Assembly: GCA_022842245.1 (NCBI GenBank)
Contig: JALHPZ010000001.1
Location: forward strand, 1-64,000
DNA length: 64,000 nt
Direction: 5' to 3'
From: Gemmataceae bacterium
GTDB lineage: Bacteria > Planctomycetota > Planctomycetia > Gemmatales > Gemmataceae
This document shows, in pieces, positions 7,854-18,042 of this stretch (position 1 is the first letter of the stretch; each line of letters opens with the position of its first letter). Below the pieces are notes generated by a model. It made no database searches. It saw only the letters and a program-made list of their open reading frames with translations, and had not been told where the DNA came from. A program made the translations under genes and the position numbers.

Positions 7854-8768
7854 TTACTTTTTCTTCGCCGCGATGGCGCGCTGGACGGCGTCGCCGAGGT
7901 CGGCGGGAGTCGCGGCGACAGCGATGCCGGCCTTTTCGAGGGCCGCCACCTTCTCCTTCGCCGTGCCAGCGCTCGTGCTGGCGATGGCACCGGCGTGGCC
8001 CATGCGCCGGCCGGGCGGCGCGGTCTTCCCGGCGATGAAGGCGGCGACCGGCTTCTTGACGTGCTGCGCCACGTACGCCGCGGCGCGCTCCTCGGCGTCG
8101 CCGCCGATCTCGCCGATCATCAGGATCGCTTCGGTGCCGGGGTCCTCTTCGAACATCTTCAGGAGATCGATCTGGTTCGTGCCGATGATCGGGTCGCCGC
8201 CGATGCCGACGCAGGTGGACTGCGAATAGCCCATGCTGGAGAGCTGGAAGACGGCTTCGTAGGTGAGCGTTCCGGAGCGGCTGATGATGCCGATGCCGGT
8301 CTTGCCCGGTTCGGTGGGCTTGTGGATGTAGCCGGGCATGATGCCGATCTTGCACTGGCCGGGGGTGATGATACCGGGGCAGTTCGGGCCGATGAGCCGG
8401 CAGTCGGGCTTGGTCTGCAGGAAGCGCTTCGCCTTCGCCATGTCGAGGACGGGGATGCCCTCGGTGATGGCGACGATGAGCTTGATCCCGGCGTCGGCGG
8501 CTTCCATGATCGCGTCGGCGGCGAGGCCCGGCGGCACGAAGAGCATGCTCGCGTCGGCCCCCGTCTTCGCGACCGCTTCGGCGACGGTGTTGAAGACCGG
8601 CAATTCCTTGCCGCTCGTCGCCTTCCACATCATGCCGCCCTTCTTGGGCGTCACGCCGCCGACGAAATTGCTGCCGTATTCCAGACTGAGGTTCGTGTGC
8701 TTGGAGCCTTCGGAACCGGTAATCCCCTGCGTGATGACGCGGGTGTTCTTGTCGACGAGGATGCTCAT
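7854..8768 (-). CDS. sucD: succinyl-CoA synthetase (ADP-forming) alpha subunit
   Basis: 304 aa. [25 protein letters not shown]..., CoA-binding and ligase-CoA motifs ([29 protein letters not shown]). Confidence 0.95.
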   Translation of the reverse strand: MSILVDKNTRVITQGITGSEGSKHTNLSLEYGSNFVGGVTPKKGGMMWKATSGKELPVFNTVAEAVAKTGADASMLFVPPGLAADAIMEAADAGIKLIVAITEGIPVLDMAKAKRFLQTKPDCRLIGPNCPGIITPGQCKIGIMPGYIHKPTEPGKTGIGIISRSGTLTYEAVFQLSSMGYSQSTCVGIGGDPIIGTNQIDLLKMFEEDPGTEAILMIGEIGGDAEERAAAYVAQHVKKPVAAFIAGKTAPPGRRMGHAGAIASTSAGTAKEKVAALEKAGIAVAATPADLGDAVQRAIAAKKK

Positions 8769-8810
8769 TTCAGGGTCTCGAAAGTAGTCGGGAATGAATC
8801 GGATTGGTCG

Positions 8811-9620
8811 TCAATCCACTTTGATTTCGTCCACCAGCCATTCGTCGGGCCGTTCGCCGGCGACGAGTTTGAGGGCGAACGGTTTCTTGCCGCTGGCGTG
8901 GATCAGTTCGCCGGAGGCGGTGCCGCCTTCGGCTTTGGCGAGTTGATACCCGGTCGCGGTTCCGCGATAACCGTTCAATTTCGTTTTGAGGATACCGACG
9001 TTGAAGAGGCGGGTTTCCGATCCGAGGGCCGGCGCCAACGACTTCTTCAAGGCCACGGTCATCGTGCCGGCGGCGAGGTCGTCCTTGTGGCCGAGCAGGC
9101 CGTGCAGGAACGCCGTCGCTGCGAACGACTGGGGCGTGACGGTGGCAACGGATTCCGCGGGGGATAGCTCCGCGAGCGAGAACCAATCCACGGACCAGCG
9201 GTTTTCGTGCCGTACGAGCCGCAGCAGAAGGTGCAGGGGTTTCTCGGCCTTGATTTCGCCCGTGTAGAGTGCGACGGCGTCGATGCGCGGCGACGCGAGC
9301 GTGTATCCGCCGAGCTTGCCCTGGAACTGCTTGAGCCAGTTCTCGGCCGCGGCGTCGGAATAGCCGCGGGCCCGGTCGGCATCGAAGACCGGTTCAGCGA
9401 TCGCTTTCTTGAATTCCGCCCTCAGGTGCGCCGCAGTGGCTTTGCCGTCGTGCAGGGCCGCGAGGAAGTCCTTGGCGAATAGCGCGGCTTCGGGGCCGGG
9501 GTCGGACTTCGTCGGGACCGCGAGCGGAACGTCCGCGACCGGCGGTACTGGGGCCGCGGTCGGTTTCGAACAACCCACTGCGAGAATCATTCCGAGAAGA
9601 CACACGTCGCGTGCGACCAT
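8811..9620 (-). CDS. hypothetical lipoprotein inserted between sucC and sucD
   Basis: 269 aa. Signal peptide plus lipobox LAVGCS. No recognisable domain. Confidence 0.6.
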   Translation of the reverse strand: MVARDVCLLGMILAVGCSKPTAAPVPPVADVPLAVPTKSDPGPEAALFAKDFLAALHDGKATAAHLRAEFKKAIAEPVFDADRARGYSDAAAENWLKQFQGKLGGYTLASPRIDAVALYTGEIKAEKPLHLLLRLVRHENRWSVDWFSLAELSPAESVATVTPQSFAATAFLHGLLGHKDDLAAGTMTVALKKSLAPALGSETRLFNVGILKTKLNGYRGTATGYQLAKAEGGTASGELIHASGKKPFALKLVAGERPDEWLVDEIKVD

Positions 9621-9659
9621 TCGAACGTCCTTTCCGAATCTTAAGAGCGTTCCGAATGG

Positions 9660-10859
9660 TTACTTCGCCAGTTCCACCACGAGCTTCGCCGCTTCCGTCA
9701 ACCCTTTCGCCACGCGGATGGCTGGAAGTTCGTCCTTGACGCTGTTGAGGATCTCGCGCGCCTTCTCGACTTCGTTCCCTTCGAGGCGAACGACGACGGG
9801 GATCTTGAAGCCGACTTCGCGGCCGGCCTTTACGAGTGCCTCGGCAATCCGGGCGCAACTCGCGATACCGCCGAAGACGTTGACGAAGATCGCCTTCACT
9901 TTGTCATCGCTGAGGATGATGCGGAAGGCTTCGACGGCGTTCTCGGCGGTGACGCCTCCGCCGACGTCGAGGAAGTTTGCGGGGCTGCCGCCGTGGTGGT
10001 TCACGATGTCCATCGTGGCCATCGCGAGGCCAGCACCGTTGACGAGGCAGCCGATGTTGCCGTCGAGCTGGATGTAATTGAGGCTTGCCTTGGCGGCGCG
10101 GATTTCCGTGGGGTTTTCCTCACCCATGTCGCGCAGGGCCTGGACGTCCTTGTGGCGGAAGGTCGCGTTGTCGTCGAAGTCGATCTTCGCGTCCAGCACC
10201 ACCACGTCGCCCTTCTTCGTGACGGCGAGCGGGTTCACCTCGACGATGCTAGCGTCCTTCTCGAAGTAGACCTTCGAGAGCGCCATGAGGATCTTGACGA
10301 CGGAGCCGATCTGTTCGTTCGAGAAGCCGAGGTCGAACGCGAGTTTCTGCGCCTGAAAGGGCAGGAGGCCGGTCTCGGGGGCGACGTGGACCTTGAGAAT
10401 CTTTTCGGGGTGCTTGGCGGCGACCTCCTCGATGTCCATGCCGCCCTCGGCGGAAGCCATGACCATGGGCAGGCCGACCGATCGGTCGAGCACCATGCCG
10501 ACGTAGAACTCCTTGGCCGGTTCGGCGTCGGCCTGCACGATCAGCGTGGAGATCTTCTGGCCCTCCGGGCCGGTCTGTTTGGTCTTCAGCGAGTGCTTCA
10601 GCATCGCCTCGGCAACGGTTTTCGCCTTCTCTTTCGTCGGCACGAACTTCACGCCGCCGAGCTTGTCGGCGTAGCCCATGAGTTGTCCGGCCCCGCGGCC
10701 GCCGGCGTGCACCTGGGCCTTCACGACGGCCCCGCCGCCGTTACTGAGCTGATCGAACGCGGCTCCGACCTCGTCGGCGGTCTTGCAGACGACGTGCTTC
10801 GGCACCGGAGCGCCGTACGCGGCGAGGAGTTCCTTGGCCTGGTATTCGTGGACTTTCAT
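9660..10859 (-). CDS. sucC: succinyl-CoA synthetase (ADP-forming) beta subunit
   Basis: 399 aa. MKVHEYQAKELLAAYGAPVPK..., ATP-grasp N-terminus and ligase-CoA C-terminus. Confidence 0.95.
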   Translation of the reverse strand: MKVHEYQAKELLAAYGAPVPKHVVCKTADEVGAAFDQLSNGGGAVVKAQVHAGGRGAGQLMGYADKLGGVKFVPTKEKAKTVAEAMLKHSLKTKQTGPEGQKISTLIVQADAEPAKEFYVGMVLDRSVGLPMVMASAEGGMDIEEVAAKHPEKILKVHVAPETGLLPFQAQKLAFDLGFSNEQIGSVVKILMALSKVYFEKDASIVEVNPLAVTKKGDVVVLDAKIDFDDNATFRHKDVQALRDMGEENPTEIRAAKASLNYIQLDGNIGCLVNGAGLAMATMDIVNHHGGSPANFLDVGGGVTAENAVEAFRIILSDDKVKAIFVNVFGGIASCARIAEALVKAGREVGFKIPVVVRLEGNEVEKAREILNSVKDELPAIRVAKGLTEAAKLVVELAK

Positions 10860-10933
10860 CGGCGGTTCCCGCGGGTGATGGTGGGGAAGTTATAGGTGGG
10901 CCGTGCACTTGTGGGAGAGGGACCTCAACGCAA

Positions 10934-10963
10934 GAAGCCCGCGGACGATCGTCCGCGGGCTTC
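10934..10963 (-). terminator. perfect 30-nt palindrome (15-bp stem) downstream of the small Cys-rich protein gene
   Basis: GAAGCCCGCGGACGA-TCGTCCGCGGGCTTC. Weak U-tract on the minus strand (TTCTTGCGTT). Could alternatively be a protein-binding palindrome. Confidence 0.4.
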
Positions 10964-10981
10964 TCGTGGTCAACAAGTCAT

Positions 10982-11320
10982 TCAGTTACCGCCCTGGCCG
11001 TACATGAAGTAATCTCGCGGGCTGCGATTGAACGGGTGGGTCGGGAACACGAGTGTACCCGGCAACTGCATCGGCCCGGCCTGCGGGGCACAACCGCGGG
11101 GCCCGCATTTGTCGGTCCCGCAATTGCCGGTGCTACAATCGTCCTTCTTCTTCCAGAACATGATGCGCTTGACGATCGGGTTCCAGCCGTACTGGCCGAC
11201 GGTATTGCCGGGGCCGGCGGACGTGCCGGGCGCGGCGGCGGGCGGCGTGCCGAAGTCGGCCCGGACCTCGCCAGCGGCGAGCGCGGCGCAGGCGGCCACC
11301 GCGAACAGGTACTTCTTCAT
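10982..11320 (-). CDS. small secreted Cys-rich hypothetical protein
   Basis: ~112 aa from internal ATG 11320 (RBS GAGGA). Signal peptide MKKYLFAVAACAALAAGEVRA. Mature part has 4 Cys in DDCSTGNCGTDKCGPRGC. Confidence 0.5.
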   Translation of the reverse strand: MKKYLFAVAACAALAAGEVRADFGTPPAAAPGTSAGPGNTVGQYGWNPIVKRIMFWKKKDDCSTGNCGTDKCGPRGCAPQAGPMQLPGTLVFPTHPFNRSPRDYFMYGQGGN

Positions 11321-11414
11321 CGTGCGTTCCTCGCAAGGGTCGTTCGGGACCGTTGGAACTGATATCGGCCGAATAACCGGAACAACACGAATCAAAATCG
11401 GAAGGCCAGCAAGA

Positions 11415-12104
11415 TCAACGGCGAAACGCCGCCACAAAGGTGAGGACGACGCAGCAAACCGTGGAAATGAAGCAACTCACGGATGCCGTGGTCAGCCACG
11501 GACCGCCCAGGTTTTCTCCAAGCGGAACGCGAGGCAGATTCGCGCGCAGATCCCGTTCCAACTCGTCCCGCAGCCGCAAGTCGGGCAACAGTATCTTGAT
11601 CGTGACGTGGCTGAAGACCGAGAAGGTCGAGGTTTCGACCAGAGGCCGGTGATCGCTCCAGAGGTTGCCGAGGCGTTTGGCGTCGAGGCCGAGTCGTACG
11701 AGTGCGCGTCCAATGACCTCATCCACCGCCGGAGGGTGGACGTTATAGACGGCCAGGGAATTCCGCCGCGATCGCAACGTCAGGTAGGAACTGCCACCCA
11801 CCAGGAGCAAATAGGCGATTGGCGTGATCGCACTGGCGAGCTGCGCGTTCGCCCAGGCGTTCTGCAGGCCGGCGAAGCCTCCGCGCCGGAAGACGTTCGC
11901 GTTCGTCGCCGTCAGGCTGAGGAGAAACCCCGCGCACAGGATGAATCCGCAGATGCCCGAAAGGAGAGCCACGAAATCCCAGACACCGGATACGACGACG
12001 GGGCGTTCCCCGCGATTGACGGCCGCGAGCCAAAAGAGATAGAGCGTCAGCGGCGTGAAGCAGAGGATGCCCCCGGCGGCGAGAAACGGAAGGTCCTGTT
12101 GCAA
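11415..12104 (-). CDS. hypothetical integral membrane protein
   Basis: 229 aa with several hydrophobic helices (FLAAGGILCFTPLTLYLFWLAA, VWDFVALLSGICGFILCAGFLL, IAYLLLVGGSSYL, C-terminal TM). Confidence 0.5.
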   Translation of the reverse strand: MQQDLPFLAAGGILCFTPLTLYLFWLAAVNRGERPVVVSGVWDFVALLSGICGFILCAGFLLSLTATNANVFRRGGFAGLQNAWANAQLASAITPIAYLLLVGGSSYLTLRSRRNSLAVYNVHPPAVDEVIGRALVRLGLDAKRLGNLWSDHRPLVETSTFSVFSHVTIKILLPDLRLRDELERDLRANLPRVPLGENLGGPWLTTASVSCFISTVCCVVLTFVAAFRR

Positions 12105-12144
12105 GGGGGCGGCCTCGCGGTGCGGGTAGGAAATATTCTACAAG

Positions 12145-13197
12145 CTATCGCCAGCGGAACAGTTTCAGCGCGAGCGCGAAACTCGCGAGACCCCACGCGG
12201 TCAGGATCAGGCACGGCTGCACGATCGCGCCAAAACCCTCGCCGTCGTTCATCACGGCGCGTAGGCCGTTGATGAGTGTCGTCAGCGGCAAGGTCTGGAT
12301 GAACGGTTGGATCTCCGTCGGGAACCGATCGGCCGAGAAGAACACGCCCGACAAAAGGTACATCGGCAGCATCACCGCGTTCATCAGGCCCGACACCGTT
12401 TCGATCGTCTTCGCCCGGCACGCCACCAGCAACCCGATCCCCGCGAAACAGACGCCCCCGGCGAACATCATCGTGATGAACGCCAGCGGATTCCCGAAGA
12501 CGCGCACGCCGAAGACGAGATGCGCGAAGCCCCAGAAGATCACGATCTCGATGAACGTGAACACGAGCCGGCTGAGCATCAAACTCAGGAGGAAGTCCGA
12601 CTTGTTCATGGGCGTCGCGAGGAATCGCTTGAGCAACTTCCTCACGCGCATGTCGACGATGACGAAGCCGACGCCCCAGAGTCCGCCGCCCATCAGGTTC
12701 GTGCCGATCAGTCCGGGAATCAGGAAGTCGATGTACCGCCCGCCGACTTCGTCCAAATGCTGTTCCGTCGGTTTTGCGGCCTTCGGAAGCTGGCTCCGCA
12801 GCAGCACGTTGTCCACGGCGTTCTTCGCCAGTACCGCCTCCGGCCGGTTCGGTTCCACGAGGTAATCCGGCGCTCCCCCAGGCCGCGGCGTCACCACGAG
12901 GTCGGTCTTCGCCGTCCGCATCCGGTTGCGGGCGTTCGCTTCCAGTTCGAGGATCACTTCGATCCGTTCGTCCGCCGCGAGGGCTTCACGCATCGCCTCC
13001 GCCGCCGGCATTGCGCCGGGGCCGTCCGCCACGATGTCCACGCGGATCCGCTCCACCGGCCGGCTGCTGAATGCCGAGCCGAGGATCAGCGCGAGGATCA
13101 GCGGGAAACCGTAGACCCAGAACACGGCCGCCGGTTCGCGGTAGAACTCCCGGAACCGAGAAATGGTCAGCTGTTTCAGCGCGGCGATGTTCAGCAT
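12145..13197 (-). CDS. ABC-2 type transporter permease
   Basis: 350 aa from ATG 13197 (MLNIAALKQLTISRFREFYREP...). TGATG stop/start overlap with the ATPase gene. 6 TM ABC-2 architecture. Confidence 0.8.
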   Translation of the reverse strand: MLNIAALKQLTISRFREFYREPAAVFWVYGFPLILALILGSAFSSRPVERIRVDIVADGPGAMPAAEAMREALAADERIEVILELEANARNRMRTAKTDLVVTPRPGGAPDYLVEPNRPEAVLAKNAVDNVLLRSQLPKAAKPTEQHLDEVGGRYIDFLIPGLIGTNLMGGGLWGVGFVIVDMRVRKLLKRFLATPMNKSDFLLSLMLSRLVFTFIEIVIFWGFAHLVFGVRVFGNPLAFITMMFAGGVCFAGIGLLVACRAKTIETVSGLMNAVMLPMYLLSGVFFSADRFPTEIQPFIQTLPLTTLINGLRAVMNDGEGFGAIVQPCLILTAWGLASFALALKLFRWR

Positions 13198-14144
13198 CAC
13201 TTGTCTCCGTCGTCGCGGAGGTGGCGGCCGGTTAGCGAGACGAAGACGTCTTCGAGGGTGGCCGTGCGCGTCGTCAGCCCGGCGAGGGGCAGCGAGTGGT
13301 CGCGCAGGAAGTCCATGAGCGCCGGCAGCGCGGCGTGCGGCTCCTTCACGCCCAGCGCGTAGCCGTTGCCCTCGCCGCGCAGCGATTCGACGCCCGGCAG
13401 CGCCCGGCAGGCGTTCTGCTTCGATTCGTCGAAGGAGCCGTCGATCGTGAACTCGATGACGTGCTCGCCGCCGAGCTGGCGGATCAGTTCGCGCGGCGAA
13501 CCTTCCGCGATGATCTTGCCATGGTCGATGACGGCGATCCGGTCGCAGAGCCTTTCGGCTTCGTCCATATAGTGCGTGGTGACAACGACGGTGCGGCCGT
13601 CCTTCTTGAGCCCGCGGATCACATCCCAGAGCGAGCGCCGGGATTGCGGATCGAGGCCGGTCGTCGGTTCGTCGAGGAAGAGTAGTTCGGGCTTGCCGAC
13701 GAGCGCGCACGCCACGGCCAGCCGTTGCTTCTGCCCGCCGGAGAGCTTTTCGACCCGCGCGTGCGCCTTCTCCTCCAGGGAGACGGATCCGATGGCGTCG
13801 TCCACCGTCAGACCGTCACGGTAGAAGGAGCGGAACATCGTGACGACTTCCCGCACCGTCAGTTTGTCCGAAAGCCGCGTTTCCTGGAGGGAGATGCCGA
13901 TCTTTTCCCGGAGGGCCTTTTCGTCCCGCCGCCAGGTCTGGCCGAGGATTTCCACCTCGCCGTCGGTCGGATCAAGCAGGCCCTCGAGGATTTCGAGCGT
14001 GGTAGTCTTGCCCGCGCCGTTCGGGCCGAGCAGGCCGAAGCATTCGCCGGCGGGCACCTGGAGGTCGAGACCACGCACGGCTTCGACCGGCGGTTTGCCG
14101 GGATAGGTCTTGAAGAGCTTCCGGCAATGAATCGCGAGGGACAT
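13197..14144 (-). CDS. ABC transporter ATP-binding protein
   Basis: 315 aa. Walker A GPNGAGKTT, signature LSGGQKQRL, Walker B LLFLDEPTTGLD. Confidence 0.9.
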   Translation of the reverse strand: MSLAIHCRKLFKTYPGKPPVEAVRGLDLQVPAGECFGLLGPNGAGKTTTLEILEGLLDPTDGEVEILGQTWRRDEKALREKIGISLQETRLSDKLTVREVVTMFRSFYRDGLTVDDAIGSVSLEEKAHARVEKLSGGQKQRLAVACALVGKPELLFLDEPTTGLDPQSRRSLWDVIRGLKKDGRTVVVTTHYMDEAERLCDRIAVIDHGKIIAEGSPRELIRQLGGEHVIEFTIDGSFDESKQNACRALPGVESLRGEGNGYALGVKEPHAALPALMDFLRDHSLPLAGLTTRTATLEDVFVSLTGRHLRDDGDK

Positions 14145-14165
14145 GTCGCGATTATAGGAAGCCGG

Positions 14166-15302
14166 TCAAACCATCTGGAGTTCCCGGCCGCGCTTCCAGT
14201 TCCGTTCCGCCGGCGCCGACCGTACGACTTCGTGATAGAGGGTGTCCCGTTCCACGGGGATCCGGCCCGCTTCCTCGATCAGCCGGCGGAGTTGTGCCAC
14301 CGTCAACTCCTGTGGCGAGTCGCTGCCGGCAGCGTGGTAGATCGTCTCGTGCACCACCGTGCCGTCGATGTCGTCCGCCCCGTAGCTCTGCGCCACCTGC
14401 GCGATGTTGATAGTCAGCATCTGCCAGTAAGCCTTGATGTGCGGGAAGTTGTCGAGCATGAGTCGCGCGATCGCCATCTGTCGGAGGTTCATGATTCCCG
14501 ACGGCTTCGGCAGGTTCGCCCCGAGCGTGTTGTTCTCCGGGTGGAACGCGAGCGGGATGAACGTCTGGAAACCACCGGTTTCATCCTGAAGCGCCCGCAG
14601 CTTAAGCAGGTGGTCGATCCGGTGTTCCGGCTTCTCGATGTGGCCGTAGAGCATGGTTGCGTTCGACCTGCCGCCGAGTTCGTGCCACTCGCGGTGGACC
14701 CGCAACCACTGGTCTCCATCGGCCTTGTAGTCGCAGATCTTCTCGCGAACTTCCGGGTGGAAAATCTCCGCCCCTCCGCCGGGCAGTGAGCCGAGGCCGA
14801 CACTTTTCATGTCCGCGAGCAGTTCCTTGGTGGGGCGTTTCGTCAGTCGCTCGAACCAATCCCACTCCACCGCCGTCCACGCCTTCAGATGCAGTTCGGG
14901 GAAGTGGTCGTGGATATTCTTGATGATGTTGCGGTACCACTCGTACGGCAGCTGATGGTGTAAGCCGCCCACGATGTGCAGTTCCGTCGCGCCTTGCTCG
15001 TGCGCCTCGCGGGCTCGCTGCAGGATCTGTTCGTCCGACATCACATAGCCCTTCGGCGACTTCAGATCGGCGCGGAAGGAGCAGAACTGGCAGCGATAGA
15101 CACAGACATTCGTCGGGTTCAGATGCTGATTGACGTTGTAATACGTGACGTTGCCGTTGAGTTTCTCACGGACGAGGTTCGCCAGCTCGCCGAGGGTGTG
15201 CAGGTCGGCGCGTGTTTCCAGTGCCATGCCGTCATCGAATGAGAGGCGTTGACCCGTGTGGACCTTCTCGGCGATGGCGGACACGATCGGATCGGCGGTC
15301 AT
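14166..15302 (-). CDS. radical SAM enzyme of the futalosine menaquinone pathway (MqnE/MqnC, CofH-like family)
   Basis: 378 aa. CxxxCxxC cluster motif CVYRCQFC at residues 67-74. Overall CofH/MqnC/MqnE-like layout. Confidence 0.7.
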   Translation of the reverse strand: MTADPIVSAIAEKVHTGQRLSFDDGMALETRADLHTLGELANLVREKLNGNVTYYNVNQHLNPTNVCVYRCQFCSFRADLKSPKGYVMSDEQILQRAREAHEQGATELHIVGGLHHQLPYEWYRNIIKNIHDHFPELHLKAWTAVEWDWFERLTKRPTKELLADMKSVGLGSLPGGGAEIFHPEVREKICDYKADGDQWLRVHREWHELGGRSNATMLYGHIEKPEHRIDHLLKLRALQDETGGFQTFIPLAFHPENNTLGANLPKPSGIMNLRQMAIARLMLDNFPHIKAYWQMLTINIAQVAQSYGADDIDGTVVHETIYHAAGSDSPQELTVAQLRRLIEEAGRIPVERDTLYHEVVRSAPAERNWKRGRELQMV

Positions 15303-15468
15303 GGTCGGTTCGTCCTCGGATGGTTCATCATTTTACGAACCGCACGCCGGGTTGCCGCGCAACGGGCTTGCCGGGGCTTCCGGTTTTGCGGATCCGTTCA
15401 AGATTACCCATTCCTCCGTCCGATAAACGACGATGAGGCACCATCGTTTTTCGGGCGGAGGGTTTTCC

Positions 15469-16983
15469 ATGTCGTCTTTCCGAACGTGGACCCTCCTTGC
15501 GCTGGGATCGCTCGCCGCGCCGGCCGCGGCCCAGGACCGCACGCGGTACTCGCCGCAACTGGATATTGGCTTCCCCGTCCCGGCCGAAGTGAAAGACCTG
15601 AACCCGCGGCCGGCGAAGCTCCGCCTATATTCGTCCGTCAACCGCGGCGCGTTCGCGATGGTGTCCGAGCGCGCCATCGACGACCTCGCGCCGATCGCCG
15701 GACGTCGCCCCGGATTCCAGTATTCCGCCAAGGCCGATGGGGAAGAAGAATTCGCCGTCCAACTCGTCTATGCCGACGGGACCGTCAGCCCGTCCGCGGA
15801 GAAGTTGCGGACCGAGTTCCGCGTCATCTTCGATACGCGCCCGCCGGCCGTGAGTTTGAACGCCGACGGGGCCACGACGGTGGCGTGGAGTGCGCAGGAC
15901 GAGAACCTGGATGCCGATGGGATCAAACTGGAATGCCGCTGGCAAAACGGCGATTCCGCTTGGCACTCGGTCCCGAAACCCCGCGCCGGCTTCGCCGCGC
16001 GCGACCGCTACACCTGGGCCAACCTCGCCCGCGAAAACCGCATTCTCGAAGTCCGCGTCACGGCCAAGGACAAGGCCGGGCACGAAACCTCGTCCCGCAT
16101 CGTGCGCCTGCCGTCCACCGGGGGGGAACCGAAGGATGATGGATTTGTGCCGCGCGGCGCCGAGCGCCTCCCGGTCGGCAGCGGCGGCGGGCGACTCGCC
16201 GACGACGTGCCCGGCCAGCCGCAGATCATCTACGTCAATCGCAAGGAACTCACGATCAAGTCGAAGCTCCAGACCGTCACGCGCTCCGGCGTCTCGGCCG
16301 TGCACCTCTTCGCCAAACCCGTAACCGCCAACCCGAACGGTGCCTGGTCGCTCGCGAAGAAGCAACCCTGCAACATCCAGTATCAGGAGCCGAACCCGTC
16401 GGTCGAAATCCCATTCCTCGCGCCCGATGATGGCCGCTACGGCTTCATCGTCATCCCCGAAAGCGGGGCCGGGAACCGCGACCGCGACCCCGTCAACAAC
16501 GCCATCGCGCAGCACCTCGTCGAAGTGGATACGAAGCCGCCCGTCGTGAAGGTCCGCCGCACGACGGCGATCCCCGGCGGAAACACCGGCACGAAGCTCG
16601 AGATCGAATGGGACGCCGACGACTTGAACATGATGACCGACCCGATCGTGATCGAGTACGCGACGGAGAAGACGGCGAACCAGTGGATCTCGATCGCGGA
16701 GCGGATTCCGAATTCGCGGCGGTACGTGTGGGAGGTGCCTGAGAAGACGCCGTTCAAGATCTTCGTGAAGGTGCGGGCGACGGACAAGGCGACGAACACG
16801 GGGGAGGCGATCACGAACGAGGCGGTTGTGATCGACCTCGACAAGCCGTCGGCGACGATCGAGCACGTGCGGCCGATCGGCGGCCTCTCGCCGAGCGCCA
16901 TCCCGCCGACCGGTGAGCGTCCGCCGCTGAGCGCGACGCCGTCGGTGCTGTCCGTGCCAGATCTGACGAAGACGGGGAAGTAA
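15469..16983 (+). CDS. secreted hypothetical protein (beta-rich, Ig-like repeats likely)
   Basis: ~505 aa from MSSFRTWTLLALGSLAAPAAAQ, a signal peptide. No recognisable catalytic motif. Confidence 0.6.
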   Translation: MSSFRTWTLLALGSLAAPAAAQDRTRYSPQLDIGFPVPAEVKDLNPRPAKLRLYSSVNRGAFAMVSERAIDDLAPIAGRRPGFQYSAKADGEEEFAVQLVYADGTVSPSAEKLRTEFRVIFDTRPPAVSLNADGATTVAWSAQDENLDADGIKLECRWQNGDSAWHSVPKPRAGFAARDRYTWANLARENRILEVRVTAKDKAGHETSSRIVRLPSTGGEPKDDGFVPRGAERLPVGSGGGRLADDVPGQPQIIYVNRKELTIKSKLQTVTRSGVSAVHLFAKPVTANPNGAWSLAKKQPCNIQYQEPNPSVEIPFLAPDDGRYGFIVIPESGAGNRDRDPVNNAIAQHLVEVDTKPPVVKVRRTTAIPGGNTGTKLEIEWDADDLNMMTDPIVIEYATEKTANQWISIAERIPNSRRYVWEVPEKTPFKIFVKVRATDKATNTGEAITNEAVVIDLDKPSATIEHVRPIGGLSPSAIPPTGERPPLSATPSVLSVPDLTKTGK

Positions 16984-16987
16984 ATAA

Positions 16988-17010
16988 AAACGGCGGGCCG
17001 AAGCCCGCCG
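16988..17010 (-). terminator. hairpin terminator for the minus-strand isomerase gene (possibly bidirectional)
   Basis: Stem CGGCGGGC, loop cgaa, stem GCCCGCCG, flanked by an A-run on the plus strand (TTTTTATTTA on the minus strand). Confidence 0.5.
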
Positions 17011-17030
17011 CTCGATGATTCGCCTTCCGC

Positions 17031-17792
17031 TCACACCAGCGATTCCAGCAGGTACTTCAGCTTCCGCACTTCGGGTTCGACCGGGTACTCGTCGTTCGGC
17101 ACGGCGCGGACGTCCACGGTGAGGGCGCGGTCGTAGCGGCAGCGGTCCAGGTGGGTGACGAGCTTGCCGTACTCCAGTTCGCCGAGGCCGACGCGCACTT
17201 GGAACGCATCGGGCTTCGACGCCGAATCGCGCAGGCGGACATGGCGGACGTACGGGTAGAGCTTGTCGAAGTCGACCGGCCCGCGTTCGCCGGCGATGTA
17301 GTAGCTGGGGTCGAGCGTCAGGCCGAGGCCGGGGACACGCTTGCACAGCTCGATGGCGCCGGCCGGTTCGGCCGTGAGCGTTGTCGAGTTCGTTTCGACG
17401 GTCAGGATGACGCCCTCCGTTTGGGCGATCTCGACCCAATCCTGGAGGCGGGCGACGTCGGCGTCGACGTCGCCGTCCTTTGGGGCGGCGAGGACGGAGA
17501 CCACCGGCACGGTGAGCAGGCGCGCCAGCCGGCAGACGCCGCGGAACTGTTTGCGGATGTCGGCGCCGTCGAGGGCGGCGAAACGGGCGTGAATGGCGGC
17601 GAAGGCGACGTTGGTGGCCTTGAGCTTCTGAACGATCTTTGTCAGGTCGCCAGTCAGGTCGGACGGTTTCAGGTGCGGGCCGTCCTCGTGGATGGCGAGG
17701 TCGGCCTTGGTGAAGTTCATTTCGCGTATGGTCTTCAGGGCTTCGTCGAGCGGATGCTGGGCGAAGCAAAGCGTGGAACAGGCAACGTACAC
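17031..17792 (-). CDS. sugar phosphate isomerase/epimerase (xylose-isomerase-like TIM barrel)
   Basis: 253 aa from GTG 17792 (RBS GGAGG 8 nt upstream): VYVACSTLCFAQHPLDEALKTIREMNF.... The long ORF extension to 19187 is judged an artefact. Confidence 0.6.
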   Translation of the reverse strand: MYVACSTLCFAQHPLDEALKTIREMNFTKADLAIHEDGPHLKPSDLTGDLTKIVQKLKATNVAFAAIHARFAALDGADIRKQFRGVCRLARLLTVPVVSVLAAPKDGDVDADVARLQDWVEIAQTEGVILTVETNSTTLTAEPAGAIELCKRVPGLGLTLDPSYYIAGERGPVDFDKLYPYVRHVRLRDSASKPDAFQVRVGLGELEYGKLVTHLDRCRYDRALTVDVRAVPNDEYPVEPEVRKLKYLLESLV

Positions 17793-18042
17793 GGCGCAGG
17801 CCTCCGTGAAAGCGCGCCGCGGCCGAAGCCGGGGCGCGTTCCCCCAATGTGTCGCGACGCCGCCGTTTCCCCTGTCGGCGGCGCGCGGTCCCGGAATGAG
17901 GCGTGGGAAATAGCCGGGCGAAAAATGACCCGCAAGGAAATTCCCTTCGAATTGTGAGAAATACACGCGACTGCTCTCGCGTTTCCGGCAAGGGAACGCT
18001 ATCGCGGCGGGCCGGGGAACCGGGGCGATTCGGAGGCGCGAC

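Noticed and set aside
7650-9167. 505-aa plus-strand ORF and 7798..8628 minus ORF overlapping sucD
   Set aside because: sucD in the third frame is unambiguous. These are GC-driven open frames with Arg/Gly/Asp low complexity.
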